Part shown: positions 1 through 11,400 of the stretch, piece after piece
How positions within the stretch are numbered: the first letter of the stretch is position 1
Layout: each line of letters opens with the position of its first letter
DNA from: a virus
Virus record (IMG/VR): IMGVR_UViG_3300042691_035156
Span: 46,869-110,868 of that record
Strand: one strand, 5' to 3'
Length of the DNA stretch: 64,000 bases
Translations under genes and position numbers: made by a program
The notes under the pieces: model-generated
Databases searched by the model: none
Seen by the model: only the letters and a program-made list of their open reading frames with translations
What the model was told of the DNA's origin: nothing

Positions 1-592
1 TATTAACGCCAAGAGGATTCGGTGAATTTAATATTACGTTTCTTCTCCAAACCTTATCTGGAAGATTGAGAAAAGCGTTTTGAACCGGGCTAGTATCAAC
101 TAAAGCACCTACACCATCTCCTCCGGGAAGGGATGTATCAACTCTGGTTTCTAAAAAGTCTGGTATTATCTGTCCTTTTACCGGATTAATAAACTTTATC
201 TTTGAGTGAGAAGAGCCAGAAACTACTGGTAGTTTTATGTGATTGAAAAACTCATCAAACTGAAGAGCTTCTGAAGACGAAACAGCGTATTGAGTTGAGA
301 TAAATTCAGAAACATCTACCTGACTTTTGGTGAATAAAGATAGTTGATTTGTGTTTTGACTCTCAATGCTACGAACTCTATCAAAAAGATCAACTATAGC
401 AGAAGAAATAAAAGTGTTATCTTTTATGATTCTCTCTATAATTTCTCCCACTTTTTTATCAAGTACGCCATACTTATTATATAGATATAGAAGATCTGCG
501 TAGTTCTGCTCATATCTTTCATTTAAGTCGGTACTTGATATTGGACCATGATACTGTTGTGGTTTTTTTTGTGTATAAATAAATTCTGACAT
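1..592 (-). CDS. Virion structural protein (baseplate periphery), 3'-truncated by window edge
   Basis: Not in ORF track. ATG at 592 with upstream AGGA; open to the edge (MSEFIYTQKKPQQYHGPISSTDLNERYEQNYADLLYLY...). N-terminus resembles the next gene (GPISSEMLN). Confidence 0.75.
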   Translation of the reverse strand, partial: MSEFIYTQKKPQQYHGPISSTDLNERYEQNYADLLYLYNKYGVLDKKVGEIIERIIKDNTFISSAIVDLFDRVRSIESQNTNQLSLFTKSQVDVSEFISTQYAVSSSEALQFDEFFNHIKLPVVSGSSHSKIKFINPVKGQIIPDFLETRVDTSLPGGDGVGALVDTSPVQNAFLNLPDKVWRRNVILNSPNPLGVN

Positions 593-604
593 AGTTATCC
601 TATT

Positions 605-1036
605 TTAATTGTTTATATTTTTTTCAATATTGTCCAGCTTGCTCATCAGCATTGCTATCTTTGAAGAAACGACTAATGGTTTATAGTACTGAAGATAATC
701 TTCTTCATATATTGCCACTTCATCAACAACATATTCCTCTTCATCTCGATCATAAGTCACCCTTTGTGCATATACGGTTATGTCAATGTCTCCATTTAAA
801 TAATAACCTGGGGTAGCGGCAGAGAGATCAACATCAATAAGAGAATTTATTTCTTCTATTTTTGATTCAATTTCGTCAACATTTTTTGCCAACCTTGCAA
901 CATCTAAAATCATTTGATCGTTATGTAGGTTTAGCATTTCGCTAGAAATAGGACCACTATACGGTTGCCTGTTCCTGGTAAAGTTTGGTTGAAATATGTT
1001 TTCTCTTTTATTGAAAAGCGAATATGAGTAAGGCAT
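605..1036 (-). CDS. Small coiled-coil virion structural protein
   Basis: 143 aa, AGGAG RBS, GPISSEMLN motif followed by heptad-like helix; contains ATP motif. Confidence 0.65.
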   Translation of the reverse strand: MPYSYSLFNKRENIFQPNFTRNRQPYSGPISSEMLNLHNDQMILDVARLAKNVDEIESKIEEINSLIDVDLSAATPGYYLNGDIDITVYAQRVTYDRDEEEYVVDEVAIYEEDYLQYYKPLVVSSKIAMLMSKLDNIEKNINN

Positions 1037-1043
1037 GATTCTC

Positions 1044-3239
1044 CTAATGCTTAAACTTTACCGTATAGGAAACTATGGATGGGGAGGAGCTATACGACTC
1101 TCCCCTAAGCATGTCTGCCCTAAGCCTAATGGCCTGAGGACCGTTTCCTGTATTGCTATAGTAGTAGACCTTTGAGCCTTCTTTTATTTCTTCTGTTCTT
1201 CTGTAGACAATTTCATAATTATTTTCATAATTAATTATAGAGTATACATTATCAATATTTGAATAATAGGTTCTTAAATCTTCAACTTTTACTTCATAAA
1301 GATAATTTTTAAATAATTTAACTCCAGGTATAGAAAGTATTGACTTATCTTTTAACAAAGCTATAGTGCCATTAAACGGCACTTGGACCCCAGAGGTGTT
1401 GTTTGTTGATTTATTGATAACAATTATAAGGTCGTTTCTACCTTGTTTTATCGGCCAAGTTAGGCTTGCACTCAAAACCCCTGGAGAAAGAGAAGAGTTA
1501 GCAGTTATGTCAACTCCATTAACATAGATTCTTATGTCCCAATACTGGGCAGCGAGATCTTTCAAAAGTGTCTCAGTAAGATTCAGTGAATTTTCTGAAT
1601 ATATATTAGTTGAAATATAAATACTTCCATAGGGAATTGATTGAGCTGTAAAAAAGTTTTGAGACAAGGGAACATCTCTGGAGAATGTTGTGTAAACGAC
1701 GTCAGATCTTTCCCCTGTCAATACCTGCTGCCAACTTTCTTTATCAAGAGATACTTCTGCAGCCAAGTGTACTGTTAGTTGATTGTTGTCAACATTTTCT
1801 AAAATGTAAGAATCATATGGCCTTATGTCTTGAGGAAATTTGGTTAATCTATAAAGATTAAAATCAATATTTTGAGAATCGCTTGCATAGAAGTAATTGG
1901 TTATAGGATTGTTAAAAGTTTGTGATCTTGGAATCTGATACATTACATTTCCAGTAGAAATTATATCTTCAGACTCACTTAAGAATATAGTGGACTCAAC
2001 CAATTGAGAACCATTAAAGTTTATAACTGCTGGAGAGGTTGGATTTTTTGCGTTTGTAGGAGATATTGATGTCCAATTGTAGTCATATACATTTACTGCC
2101 GTTGGATTGTCTGGAGCAATGTAATACCTTATATTTGAGCCCTGAGGAATCTGATCTTCAACGCTTATGCTTACTGCATCTATTGTAAGCTTTGAGTTAT
2201 CTGCAGATGGTAGTGACATAGGCTGGCTAACAAATATTGCGTTTGAATCGTAATATGGTGCAGTTATGACCAGTTCATCAATTCTAAAATCGTAATTATA
2301 TACAACATCTTCGTTGTCCCTAGTGACATAGTCTGGCTCATCTTTTGTTAGATAGATCTCCACTGAATTAGATAATTGTGGGGTGAACGAAAAAGAAAAT
2401 CTATCATAGTCTTTTGAGCTTGTTTTTGTATTGCTAGCTGACCTGCTTCTTTCATTTGGGTCAACAACAATAACTCCAATTGAAACGGGTTTTTGTGAAC
2501 TTATTACTCCCTCTACCAGAGATATTGGCCCAACAACACCAGAAACAGGAACGACTATCTTTAATGTACAAACACCAAGCGTCCTTGACGTGTGCTTATA
2601 CGTCCACTGAGAATTTGTTAGTCCATTAAAAACATTTCTAAAATCTACAGTGTCATCTTTGACCTGGGTTCCCTCAAACACTACTGACACATTTGCAGCG
2701 CTTGATGTATTGAGCAGGTTCCCCACATAGTCAAACAAACCAGAAGTAATTTTTGGTATTGTAACCTTTCTTGATTGAGTGTCAACATAGGCTGTAGTGT
2801 AGTTGAGATCAGTCAAGTTTGTATTGTTAAAGGCATTAGTTATACTAAAGTAAAAACCATCTGTATTTTTTATGGAAAAAAGATAATCGTCTACAGTTTT
2901 TTCAAGCTCTGCCCTTTTTGTTCTAAGAGATTCTAATCTCTTAGAATACGCTGTGACCACCTCATACAGCTTCTCTACATGCTCATGATAAGCTTCATAT
3001 ATTACGTCAATATTAAACAGCATGTGCACCATTATTCTGTTTAACTTTTCTGCGTCTATTACAGAGTTGGTTGAAAGATCGTTGTATGGTACCGGAATCG
3101 AATTGCCTAAAGGAAATCTAGAAAAGTATCTTCCATAAAGAATGGAAACTTCGTTATCAGATGGTTGACCACCTAGGGCGTAGTACATCTTAAATATTGT
3201 TTCTATAAATCTTCTTTTTTGTATATCTGCGATTGACAT
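1044..3239 (-). CDS. Baseplate-associated structural protein (helical N-terminus plus beta-sandwich domains)
   Basis: 731 aa, tightly packed with neighbours; C-terminus (IRLRADM...SPSIVSYTVKF) resembles that of the adjacent 842-aa protein. Confidence 0.6.
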   Translation of the reverse strand: MSIADIQKRRFIETIFKMYYALGGQPSDNEVSILYGRYFSRFPLGNSIPVPYNDLSTNSVIDAEKLNRIMVHMLFNIDVIYEAYHEHVEKLYEVVTAYSKRLESLRTKRAELEKTVDDYLFSIKNTDGFYFSITNAFNNTNLTDLNYTTAYVDTQSRKVTIPKITSGLFDYVGNLLNTSSAANVSVVFEGTQVKDDTVDFRNVFNGLTNSQWTYKHTSRTLGVCTLKIVVPVSGVVGPISLVEGVISSQKPVSIGVIVVDPNERSRSASNTKTSSKDYDRFSFSFTPQLSNSVEIYLTKDEPDYVTRDNEDVVYNYDFRIDELVITAPYYDSNAIFVSQPMSLPSADNSKLTIDAVSISVEDQIPQGSNIRYYIAPDNPTAVNVYDYNWTSISPTNAKNPTSPAVINFNGSQLVESTIFLSESEDIISTGNVMYQIPRSQTFNNPITNYFYASDSQNIDFNLYRLTKFPQDIRPYDSYILENVDNNQLTVHLAAEVSLDKESWQQVLTGERSDVVYTTFSRDVPLSQNFFTAQSIPYGSIYISTNIYSENSLNLTETLLKDLAAQYWDIRIYVNGVDITANSSLSPGVLSASLTWPIKQGRNDLIIVINKSTNNTSGVQVPFNGTIALLKDKSILSIPGVKLFKNYLYEVKVEDLRTYYSNIDNVYSIINYENNYEIVYRRTEEIKEGSKVYYYSNTGNGPQAIRLRADMLRGESYSSSPSIVSYTVKFKH

Positions 3240-3240
3240 A

Positions 3241-5769
3241 TTAGGTTACCTTCATTCCTATTTTATAGGAGTAGATTATGGGTGTACTTTTAACGTTTCT
3301 ATCTTTTCTTAAGATCGCCCTAAATATTACTGAATTAATATTTTGTGGAACTTCTGGCGAATTAAAATAAGCTATTTGAGGAAGTGTGGCGATGTCAGAA
3401 AGGTTTTGATTAAAAGCTAAAACTTCAGGTTTACCCTCAAACGCTCTTTCCTGAGGAGATATCTCTATCCACTTTAGGCCACCATCAACACTAATGTAGT
3501 AGTTTATTCTTGACTGTCCAACAACTTCTCCTTCAGAATTTGTTTCAACAGGTATATAATCTTCAACCTGAAGACTAAGAAGCTCAAGATTTCCATAAAT
3601 GTAAAATGGTTTAGATATTATTTCAGATATATCAGAGTAAGTTTCAAGGCCAACAAAAAGGTCTCTAATACCAACGCTTGCTCTTTTTGCTTTAAGGTAT
3701 TCAAAATTTCTTTTTAAGAATAAATCTTTTGCCCTCTCAGCGTCTGCGGGTTCAGTGTAGTTTTGTTTGCTAACATTTTCTTCGGTGATAGTTATCTGTT
3801 GCTTGATAAAAAATGAATCCAATAAAGAAACAAGCTCTGTTTCTCCAGAGCTAATTGAAACAGTAAAAGAGTTTGCGTCTGCTGCAATAACATTGTAAAC
3901 CCCCTTGTTTACAACAAGTTGATTCGACGTTGATAGAGCCTTAATATAAACCCTATCTCCAGGAGATAGTCCATTGTTAGTGCTAGCAAAAACAGCTTCG
4001 TTATCTTCTGCGGTTACAGAAGTTATTGTCTTTCTTAAAGAATTCATATAAGAATTTAAAGACTGATCTTGAGGAAGAATAATGTGCAGAGCATTTCGAT
4101 CATCCGTTAATGAAGAAATTATTGAATCAATGTAAGGCGAATTGACTTCGTATTTTGCAGCTCGTGATGGATCTGAAACAAAAACTTTCACCGGAATATT
4201 CTCTTGATTTATTCTGTCATTTGAAAAATAATAACTTTGATTTGGTGTAGCACCATACTCTGGTGTAGCACCATAAGTTGGTGTAGCACCATGAGTTGGT
4301 GTAAATTTAATTCTGGTAAAGCTCTTTGATGACTGCTGCCAATACTTTACTCTTACGGGCAATACTTCAGATGTTGACGACTTTATTCTTTCTGGGCCAA
4401 TTATTGGTGGCACTACAGTATCTCTGTTCCAGGAAACGTCTTCTGCCCTGTAGTTTGCATTGTCCGCAACAACCTCTACTGGAGAAAACCTTGTTTGCCC
4501 CCTCCATGTTTGCGATTGGGTTGCAGCTGTAGCAGCCGCTTCGGTCTCATAGGGAGTCCAGTAAGCATGTTTTATGGTTACATCGTTGAACTGGGATTGC
4601 TCAAATGTGATAAAAACTTTATTTGCTTTTATTCTTGGGAACCTAAAAACTCCCTTGTTATAAAAGTAACTTTCTTTTAAAGACAAGGAGGGATACGCAA
4701 TATCCGAACCAATAAACACTGGGTTGTCCGCTGTTACAAGCGGGGTTATAACATTGTCTTTTTCGTTATAAATTTTAATAGAGGATATTTTAATATTTTT
4801 TATAACATCAATATTATCGTAACCAAAAAATGGAATTATTGATATATGATTAATATCTTCGCCATTTCTGTTTCTTGTTACAATTTCAACAGTTAACTTT
4901 AATGGCTTTGACGAGTCAAAGTTTGCCCAATTAATATATCTTTGATTTGCTCCAGATTGAGAAAGTCCGTACTGGAATTCATAATCGGACCTTTCTGCTG
5001 ATACTGGAACATTAAGAGCCTCATATTCAAAATAAGTTACAGGGCTTTCGTCAACCATAGCGAGTAGGTTTGACCTAAGAAGAGCGTTGTCTTTTTCATA
5101 CAAAAATGGATTGCCATCGTCTTCATCTTCAAAGTAAAGATGATAACTGCCGTTTAATCCATTTGATATATCAAGATAAGACACTTCTCTGTTTTGTTCT
5201 CCATTATAATTTTGATTAATTATATTAATGTTTCCAGAAGCTTTCTTGATATTTCTTCTACTCAAGCAGGCGTACCCGTCGGTTACGTCGGGCATGTTCC
5301 CGTTTTTTATTTTTGAAGAATCAATTAAATCTAAATTATTAAAAGTGTCTCCAACATAAGTCATATTTGCTGCAGAACTATTCGAGTACATTTCAAGTGC
5401 AGATATTTTTGATCGTATCCTTGATACTAGATTTTTTTCTGCCTCAATTTCATTTGTAATTTGATTAAATGAGTTAACATAATTTGCTACCAATGAGTCA
5501 AATTGATACATTATGTTATTCAAATCAGAAGACATGTCTTGATTAAATCTGTTTAACTTTTCTGAAGAAGGAATATCACCTTTGTTCAAAAAAGGAATGG
5601 TTGCAATAGGTTTTCCTATAGACCTTTCTATTTCGCTAAGAAGTTTCCTGTATTGTTTATCGAACTCTTGTGGATCCGAGTTTTTATTTTGAACGTAGTT
5701 AAAAACAAATTCTTGAACCTTTGCAATTATCTGAGCGTAGGCTAGGGTGTCGGTTGAAAGTTGCGCCAT
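3241..5769 (-). CDS. Baseplate-associated structural protein with GATP tandem repeat
   Basis: 842 aa; GDIPSSEKLN N-terminal motif; C-terminus VIFRAIL...TPIIYSYKI. Confidence 0.6.
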   Translation of the reverse strand: MAQLSTDTLAYAQIIAKVQEFVFNYVQNKNSDPQEFDKQYRKLLSEIERSIGKPIATIPFLNKGDIPSSEKLNRFNQDMSSDLNNIMYQFDSLVANYVNSFNQITNEIEAEKNLVSRIRSKISALEMYSNSSAANMTYVGDTFNNLDLIDSSKIKNGNMPDVTDGYACLSRRNIKKASGNINIINQNYNGEQNREVSYLDISNGLNGSYHLYFEDEDDGNPFLYEKDNALLRSNLLAMVDESPVTYFEYEALNVPVSAERSDYEFQYGLSQSGANQRYINWANFDSSKPLKLTVEIVTRNRNGEDINHISIIPFFGYDNIDVIKNIKISSIKIYNEKDNVITPLVTADNPVFIGSDIAYPSLSLKESYFYNKGVFRFPRIKANKVFITFEQSQFNDVTIKHAYWTPYETEAAATAATQSQTWRGQTRFSPVEVVADNANYRAEDVSWNRDTVVPPIIGPERIKSSTSEVLPVRVKYWQQSSKSFTRIKFTPTHGATPTYGATPEYGATPNQSYYFSNDRINQENIPVKVFVSDPSRAAKYEVNSPYIDSIISSLTDDRNALHIILPQDQSLNSYMNSLRKTITSVTAEDNEAVFASTNNGLSPGDRVYIKALSTSNQLVVNKGVYNVIAADANSFTVSISSGETELVSLLDSFFIKQQITITEENVSKQNYTEPADAERAKDLFLKRNFEYLKAKRASVGIRDLFVGLETYSDISEIISKPFYIYGNLELLSLQVEDYIPVETNSEGEVVGQSRINYYISVDGGLKWIEISPQERAFEGKPEVLAFNQNLSDIATLPQIAYFNSPEVPQNINSVIFRAILRKDRNVKSTPIIYSYKIGMKVT
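4243..4303. repeat. 18-bp tandem repeat x3.4 encoding (H/Y)GATP(T/E/N)
   Basis: tggtgtagcaccatNNNN at 4243, 4261, 4279, partial copy at 4297. Confidence 0.95.
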
Positions 5770-5777
5770 GTTAGTTC

Positions 5778-8432
5778 CTAATTAGATTTGTTCTTAAATA
5801 AATTATCATATTTCATTAGTCTGAGCAAGGTGTTATCCCTTGTTTCTGAAGAAAACTTAAATATTAACCTATCAACAGAGTAGTTCTGCTCAGAGTTGTT
5901 AAGGGACCTAAAAACAACTCTGTATCTGAAAGAGTCTGGAATATACTGATAAAGAACTCTAAATGGTTTGTTGATTTCTTTATTAAATAGTATGGTATCA
6001 GAATAGTGAATAAACAAAACATCGTCAGTTTCATAAAATGATTCAATTTTATTATCTAGTGTATAATTAGTTATATTAATAGCCCTAGACCCATCGTCAA
6101 AGAAGACCTTTACTGGAGAATAGTTTGAATAGTCTGCTCCAATAGCAGAAGTTATTGACGATGTAACTGTTCCAGAATAATTTGAATAAGCGCTATTTAC
6201 CAGTTTTGATCTATCAATATATGGGTCTTCAAGAAGTCTTACCCTATTCCCTTGCGAAGTGGAGCTAAACCTTTCTCCATTGATCCCATTAACGTTTGGA
6301 GTTGCTAGAACCGGTGTTGATAAACCATTTGGATTAAGCTGTATTTCACGAACTGAATCAATATACTTTGGTGTGTACGAAACAAAATACCTAGAAGATG
6401 GGTTGAACTGAAGTATCTTTAAAGACCTTTGATTTACAATATAGGAACCAGGCTCTCTTCTTTCTCCGTTAGAATACATAACGATTGATTCTTCTAGTGG
6501 ATCAAACCTGAGTGTGCATTCTCCATTCGAGTTTGGAACCAGAAGCTCTGACCTAATAGACGTTTCGCCATACGGCATTATGGGAATCCAGTTTGACTCT
6601 GAGGTTGGAAACTCGCTTGTTGTTACACTAAACTCAACTGACGTTGCGTCTTTTGATGGATCGTCTTGAAAAAACAAAAGTTCTTCAAAATAGTTTGCCA
6701 ACATCTTTGTTTTCAATGGTCTTCCATTTGTGTTAATTTTTTTACTAACAAAAACAGATTTAGTTGGCATTACCTGCGCCGTGACAAGTTTTTCAAAAAA
6801 GAATATACCGCCAATTGATATGTTGTATTCATACATGTTCGTTGCTTCTGTTGCATTCAACATCTGGGTAGCATCTTCTTTTGACAATCCGCCAATAGTT
6901 TGGGAAATAAAGTGAAGATTTTTATCAACCGTGTTAGAGTCTCCAACTGGCATTAGCCCACTAGTAACCATATTTCTAACTGGCTTAGTTTTATCTGTTA
7001 TGTTGGATTCAATGTAAACTGAAGAGTTTTGAGTCCTAAGTTTTGCACCTAAAGTATAGGATATAATTGAGAATATAATGTTTGAAAACATAGACGTATT
7101 TTTAAACTTATTAAAAGAGTCTAGGTCGGAAAAATACGTGTTTCTTCCGAGCTCTTCAACAACTCCAAAATTAGTATCTGACAAATTAGTTGGATAATAA
7201 TTGGTGTAATTATAAGAATATATTTTTTTATTTCTTAACAAGAATGTTTTTTCTGTATCTTTTAAGAAAAACTTAACAACGAAGTCCTGCAAAGAATCGT
7301 GCGAATTGTTTCTTCTTTCTTTAACGGAGTTGACTATTGATGAAATCATTTTTGAATTTATTTCAGACTGAACAGGAGAAATTTTTGTTCTTAAATAATT
7401 TACTTGTGCCAGTATAATTGTTATTGATTTAATTATGTGGCTGTTATTCAAGTCAATATCAGAATTTTTTGATATTGTAACAGGACTGGTTAAAACTGGT
7501 TTCTTTACAAAAGTTCCTGTACTTGATCCAATATTTTGTGAATCTTCAGTTTCTATAATAATTTGAGATACTTGCATTCCAACACTGTAGTTTGGCACTA
7601 GTCTTATTCTTGATAATGATATTGGGGCAACAAAATCTACGTTAATCGCAACTTGAGCCGAGGGCTGAGTAATTACATTGTTTTTGTAGTTTATATATTT
7701 TTCTGAATCTAAAAGAGATTGTTTTAGTATAAACGGAGTTTTTGCAGAAATGCTCCAAGATTTAGAATTAGTGTTATTGAGTACGTTGTTGATTCCTGTG
7801 TCACTTGAAATATATTCGCTAGGAAAATTGGTTTCATAGGTTATGCTTCTAATGTTTGACTTATTAACCGGCACTAACGAAAGTTCGTAATCTGAGGAAT
7901 AGTTGAGTTTACCAGTTGATTGATTTACGTGAGCTGTCATATTTGCGCCGAATGGCACTCCATCCCTGTCTGGAATGCTCAGTGTTGAGTCTTCATTTAT
8001 AAAAGAGTTTTGATCACTATCAAAATTTTCTATAAAAGAAGAATTGTACAAATCATCTTCTCCTGAAATAAAAGAGTAGTTTTGTATATAAGATTCTAGA
8101 TACTCAATATCTTTTTCAAGTTTTTGCAATTCTCCGCCAAACAAGTTTGTCATAGCCATTCCCATGATGGAAAGAGAATTAGAGATATCAAATTCGCTTT
8201 TAACCCTTAAGTCAATGTCTCGGAACATATCGATTAAAGTTTCTCGCTGAACGGTTTCAAGCTGTCTAATAATTCTAGGAGAATAGTCAGCAGAAGCGGT
8301 AAAAGAAGAAAGCTTTTCTACCAGTCTTCCTATTTCAACTTTTTCAGAACTAACCTCAGAAAGGACAGACGCTATTGACATCCTAGATTGTCTACTAAAA
8401 AGCTTAATATGATCACTAAGTTGATTTAACAT
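5778..8432 (-). CDS. Baseplate-associated structural protein
   Basis: 884 aa; abuts upstream gene; same helical-N/beta-rich architecture as the downstream genes. Confidence 0.6.
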   Translation of the reverse strand: MLNQLSDHIKLFSRQSRMSIASVLSEVSSEKVEIGRLVEKLSSFTASADYSPRIIRQLETVQRETLIDMFRDIDLRVKSEFDISNSLSIMGMAMTNLFGGELQKLEKDIEYLESYIQNYSFISGEDDLYNSSFIENFDSDQNSFINEDSTLSIPDRDGVPFGANMTAHVNQSTGKLNYSSDYELSLVPVNKSNIRSITYETNFPSEYISSDTGINNVLNNTNSKSWSISAKTPFILKQSLLDSEKYINYKNNVITQPSAQVAINVDFVAPISLSRIRLVPNYSVGMQVSQIIIETEDSQNIGSSTGTFVKKPVLTSPVTISKNSDIDLNNSHIIKSITIILAQVNYLRTKISPVQSEINSKMISSIVNSVKERRNNSHDSLQDFVVKFFLKDTEKTFLLRNKKIYSYNYTNYYPTNLSDTNFGVVEELGRNTYFSDLDSFNKFKNTSMFSNIIFSIISYTLGAKLRTQNSSVYIESNITDKTKPVRNMVTSGLMPVGDSNTVDKNLHFISQTIGGLSKEDATQMLNATEATNMYEYNISIGGIFFFEKLVTAQVMPTKSVFVSKKINTNGRPLKTKMLANYFEELLFFQDDPSKDATSVEFSVTTSEFPTSESNWIPIMPYGETSIRSELLVPNSNGECTLRFDPLEESIVMYSNGERREPGSYIVNQRSLKILQFNPSSRYFVSYTPKYIDSVREIQLNPNGLSTPVLATPNVNGINGERFSSTSQGNRVRLLEDPYIDRSKLVNSAYSNYSGTVTSSITSAIGADYSNYSPVKVFFDDGSRAINITNYTLDNKIESFYETDDVLFIHYSDTILFNKEINKPFRVLYQYIPDSFRYRVVFRSLNNSEQNYSVDRLIFKFSSETRDNTLLRLMKYDNLFKNKSN

Positions 8433-11400
8433 CTAGATCGTTCTCCAGTCATTTCCTTCTAGGTCTTGAATATCAAAGCTTACACCTGCAGTAAGATTTC
8501 CTCTTACAATTGCATAAATCTCTTCTTCTGAAGTAAAGTGGTCTTTTACTTCTTTTGGAATTCTTACAATTACGTATCCGCCATTTGGATATGTATAACC
8601 CTTTCCTGACTGTATGTCGGCAAATGACAAAATATTACTATTTTCTTTTGACAACTTCTTTGCATCTTGAGATCCGGAGATGCCTCCACCTTTTACTCTC
8701 AAATCTTTTATTGAAATGTTTTCAAAAGAGTATTTGTTAATCACATTAATAGTTGCTATATGCAATGCTAGAGGATCGTAATTTTCATGGCCGGCAACGA
8801 AAGTTGAGTAATCATATGTCCAGTCAATTACTCTTCCATCTTCAAACTCTTCTTCGTTAATATAATTCATGCCGTCAAAATATTCAACTAATTTTGGACT
8901 AATAAAAATATAAACAGGTTTTGATATACCGCTTTCGCTAAATGGGTTTAGGGGAATCTCTCTTCCTTCAACATGCCTTAATAAGATGTTGGGTGACTTT
9001 GTAACGTAGTCTATTTTAATATTATAAGGACTTGAAGGAACTATTTCTCTTCTAAAAAAAACATCTCCGGTATGTTTGTTGAAATCAATAATTTCATTTT
9101 GATCTATTTCTTCCCATTGATTTGTTTCTGCGTTCTTTATCCTAACCTTCAGCCAAGGAAGTGATGGGTTAGCGTCGGTATATCTTGAATCAATAGAAGC
9201 TTTGTTTATTTGATTTTGATAAGAATGTATAGAACCAAATCTAGTTCTTATCTGATTGTCGGCAACTACTATAGGATGCTCATTAAAAACATCTTCATAA
9301 CCTGCACCAAAAATGTTTGAGTAATTTAATTTCAAATTAGTTGTGTCGTACGTGCATCTAAGCTTTTTTCCGACATGGTTTTTGAGATAGTTTGAATAGT
9401 TGTTTTCTGGTATAGATATTTCTTTAAAAAACTTTCCATACCCAATTCCAATAAACCATGAATCAAATTTTGACAAATTATTTGGTGGTGGATATACGCC
9501 AATTTTTGGTCTACCAAAACTCTTAACAGAATATAGTGGAGCAATTATTTTATTTGGAAGAGCAAAATAAGAAAAGTCTGCTTCAACATTAGATATTGTT
9601 GCTCCATTTCCTTTTTCTCCGTCAGCGTCTACGGCGAGAAGGCCAACATAAAAAGCGTTCGGACCACCAGTTTCTGGGTTAATATAATCAGAATATGTTA
9701 TAGTATTTCCGTAAAATCTTCTTGTTTGAACATTATAGAATTGCCATATTAGACCATATGTTGGAGGAGCAGAGTTTTCTCCCCACAATAGTTTGATCAA
9801 TCCAAAAGATATATCTCTGCCTTCTGGAGACCTAATTATTGACTCAAAATTTGGAAAACCTATTGGCCTACCTTCTGAATCGCTTAGAACAACCAGTCCA
9901 TCAAGAGCAGAAATAGTTGAAGGAGTTTGCCTTGCCGGAACAGTTGGGTCATCGGCGTCTTTTATCCAATAGTTTTGTATTGGAGATACAACGCTAAAAT
10001 CCTCACTATAAAAAGATTCTCCATTTGCAGCTGAAAAAAAGAACTTGTTTGTTGTTAAATCATTTTTAAATGCATAGACCGAAAATTCCAAAACACTAAC
10101 ATTTGATTCTTCTTCGGTGTTTGTTTTTCGTGCTTGAGTTATTAATGGCAGTTCATTTAAAACAATCTTATTTGAATTTGTTGTTTCAAGAACAAAATTT
10201 ATATTACCATCATTTGATGCATAAGAAATTGTTGGATTTTTATTTATACCCTCTTCCAATATATAAAGAGGTGTTTCCTGAGAAATGCCAGGTATAGATA
10301 TTGCTAAGCTTCCGACAGGATCTATTTCTGGTATGGAAACTTCTGGAGCCCCTATGCTTCTGAGATTTTCTGTATCAACAAATACTGAATCAAAGTATAT
10401 GTCAGTTATTTGTGGAACAGCTGAAGCTGTTGATGTTGAATGATTTAAGTCAAGATAAGAGTCGCCATTTTGATTTATGTTTATCCTACCTTTTATCTTG
10501 CCAGTTACTGCAGCAGAAAAAGTTCCGTTTTCCTCAAAGGGAACATCAACAAGACTTGAAGAAGTTGTAGTAATATTCATTTCTAAATTTCTCAAAGAGA
10601 AACCTTCGGCATTTGGACCAAGACCGGATATTGATCCACCTTGGACTTTTAGCATTATGAACTTTGCTCCGACTATGTTTGGAACAGATATTTCTTTTGT
10701 TCCGTTTGCGCCAATTGATAGGTTCAAACTTCTTGAATATATTGGCTTTATTTTTGCTACGTCAGGAACTATATGCCTGGTTTGAGAAAGGTCATTAGAA
10801 TAGACTTTAATATCGAGTATTTGAGACGCCCACGAACCTGCCCTTACTCTAACTGAATGTAATTGAGTTGCATTTTCTGGAACCTTTACCAATATGTAGT
10901 CAACAATGGAGCTTGGTCCAGCAGTACCAGTAAAGCTTATTCTTCTATACTCCGTTTTGCCCACGTTAGATATATCAGAATACTGAACAGCTCTATCAAT
11001 GTAAGCTTGGATGTCTGCATCTTTTGATGCTGCTCTTTCTCTTTGGAAAGCTGTGGGATTTGTTCTTTTCAGATTGAGCCAATAAATTGCTAGAACAGAT
11101 TTTGTTTCTGAGTCAACTATGCCATCAACAAAGCTTTGGCTTTTTGCTGCTTGGAAAGCAACAACTTCTGCCGCAGTTTTTGGTCCATATACTCCATCTA
11201 CTCTAAGTTTTGCACCGTTTTTATTTAAAGTATATTGTATGTATTTAACATATGAATTCTTTACAGTGATAGCTGTGGTTCTTGCCGTGGTTGATGCACC
11301 AGATGTGGTTGAAGAAGAAGAATCAACCACTGAAGGAATTGTTTCAGTTATTGCCTCATAAAGTGTGGGGTAAGCCTTATTGAACTCTCTTAAAATGAAT

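Noticed and set aside
4243-4303. CRISPR-like array
   Set aside because: Contiguous in-frame 18-bp coding repeat with no spacers.
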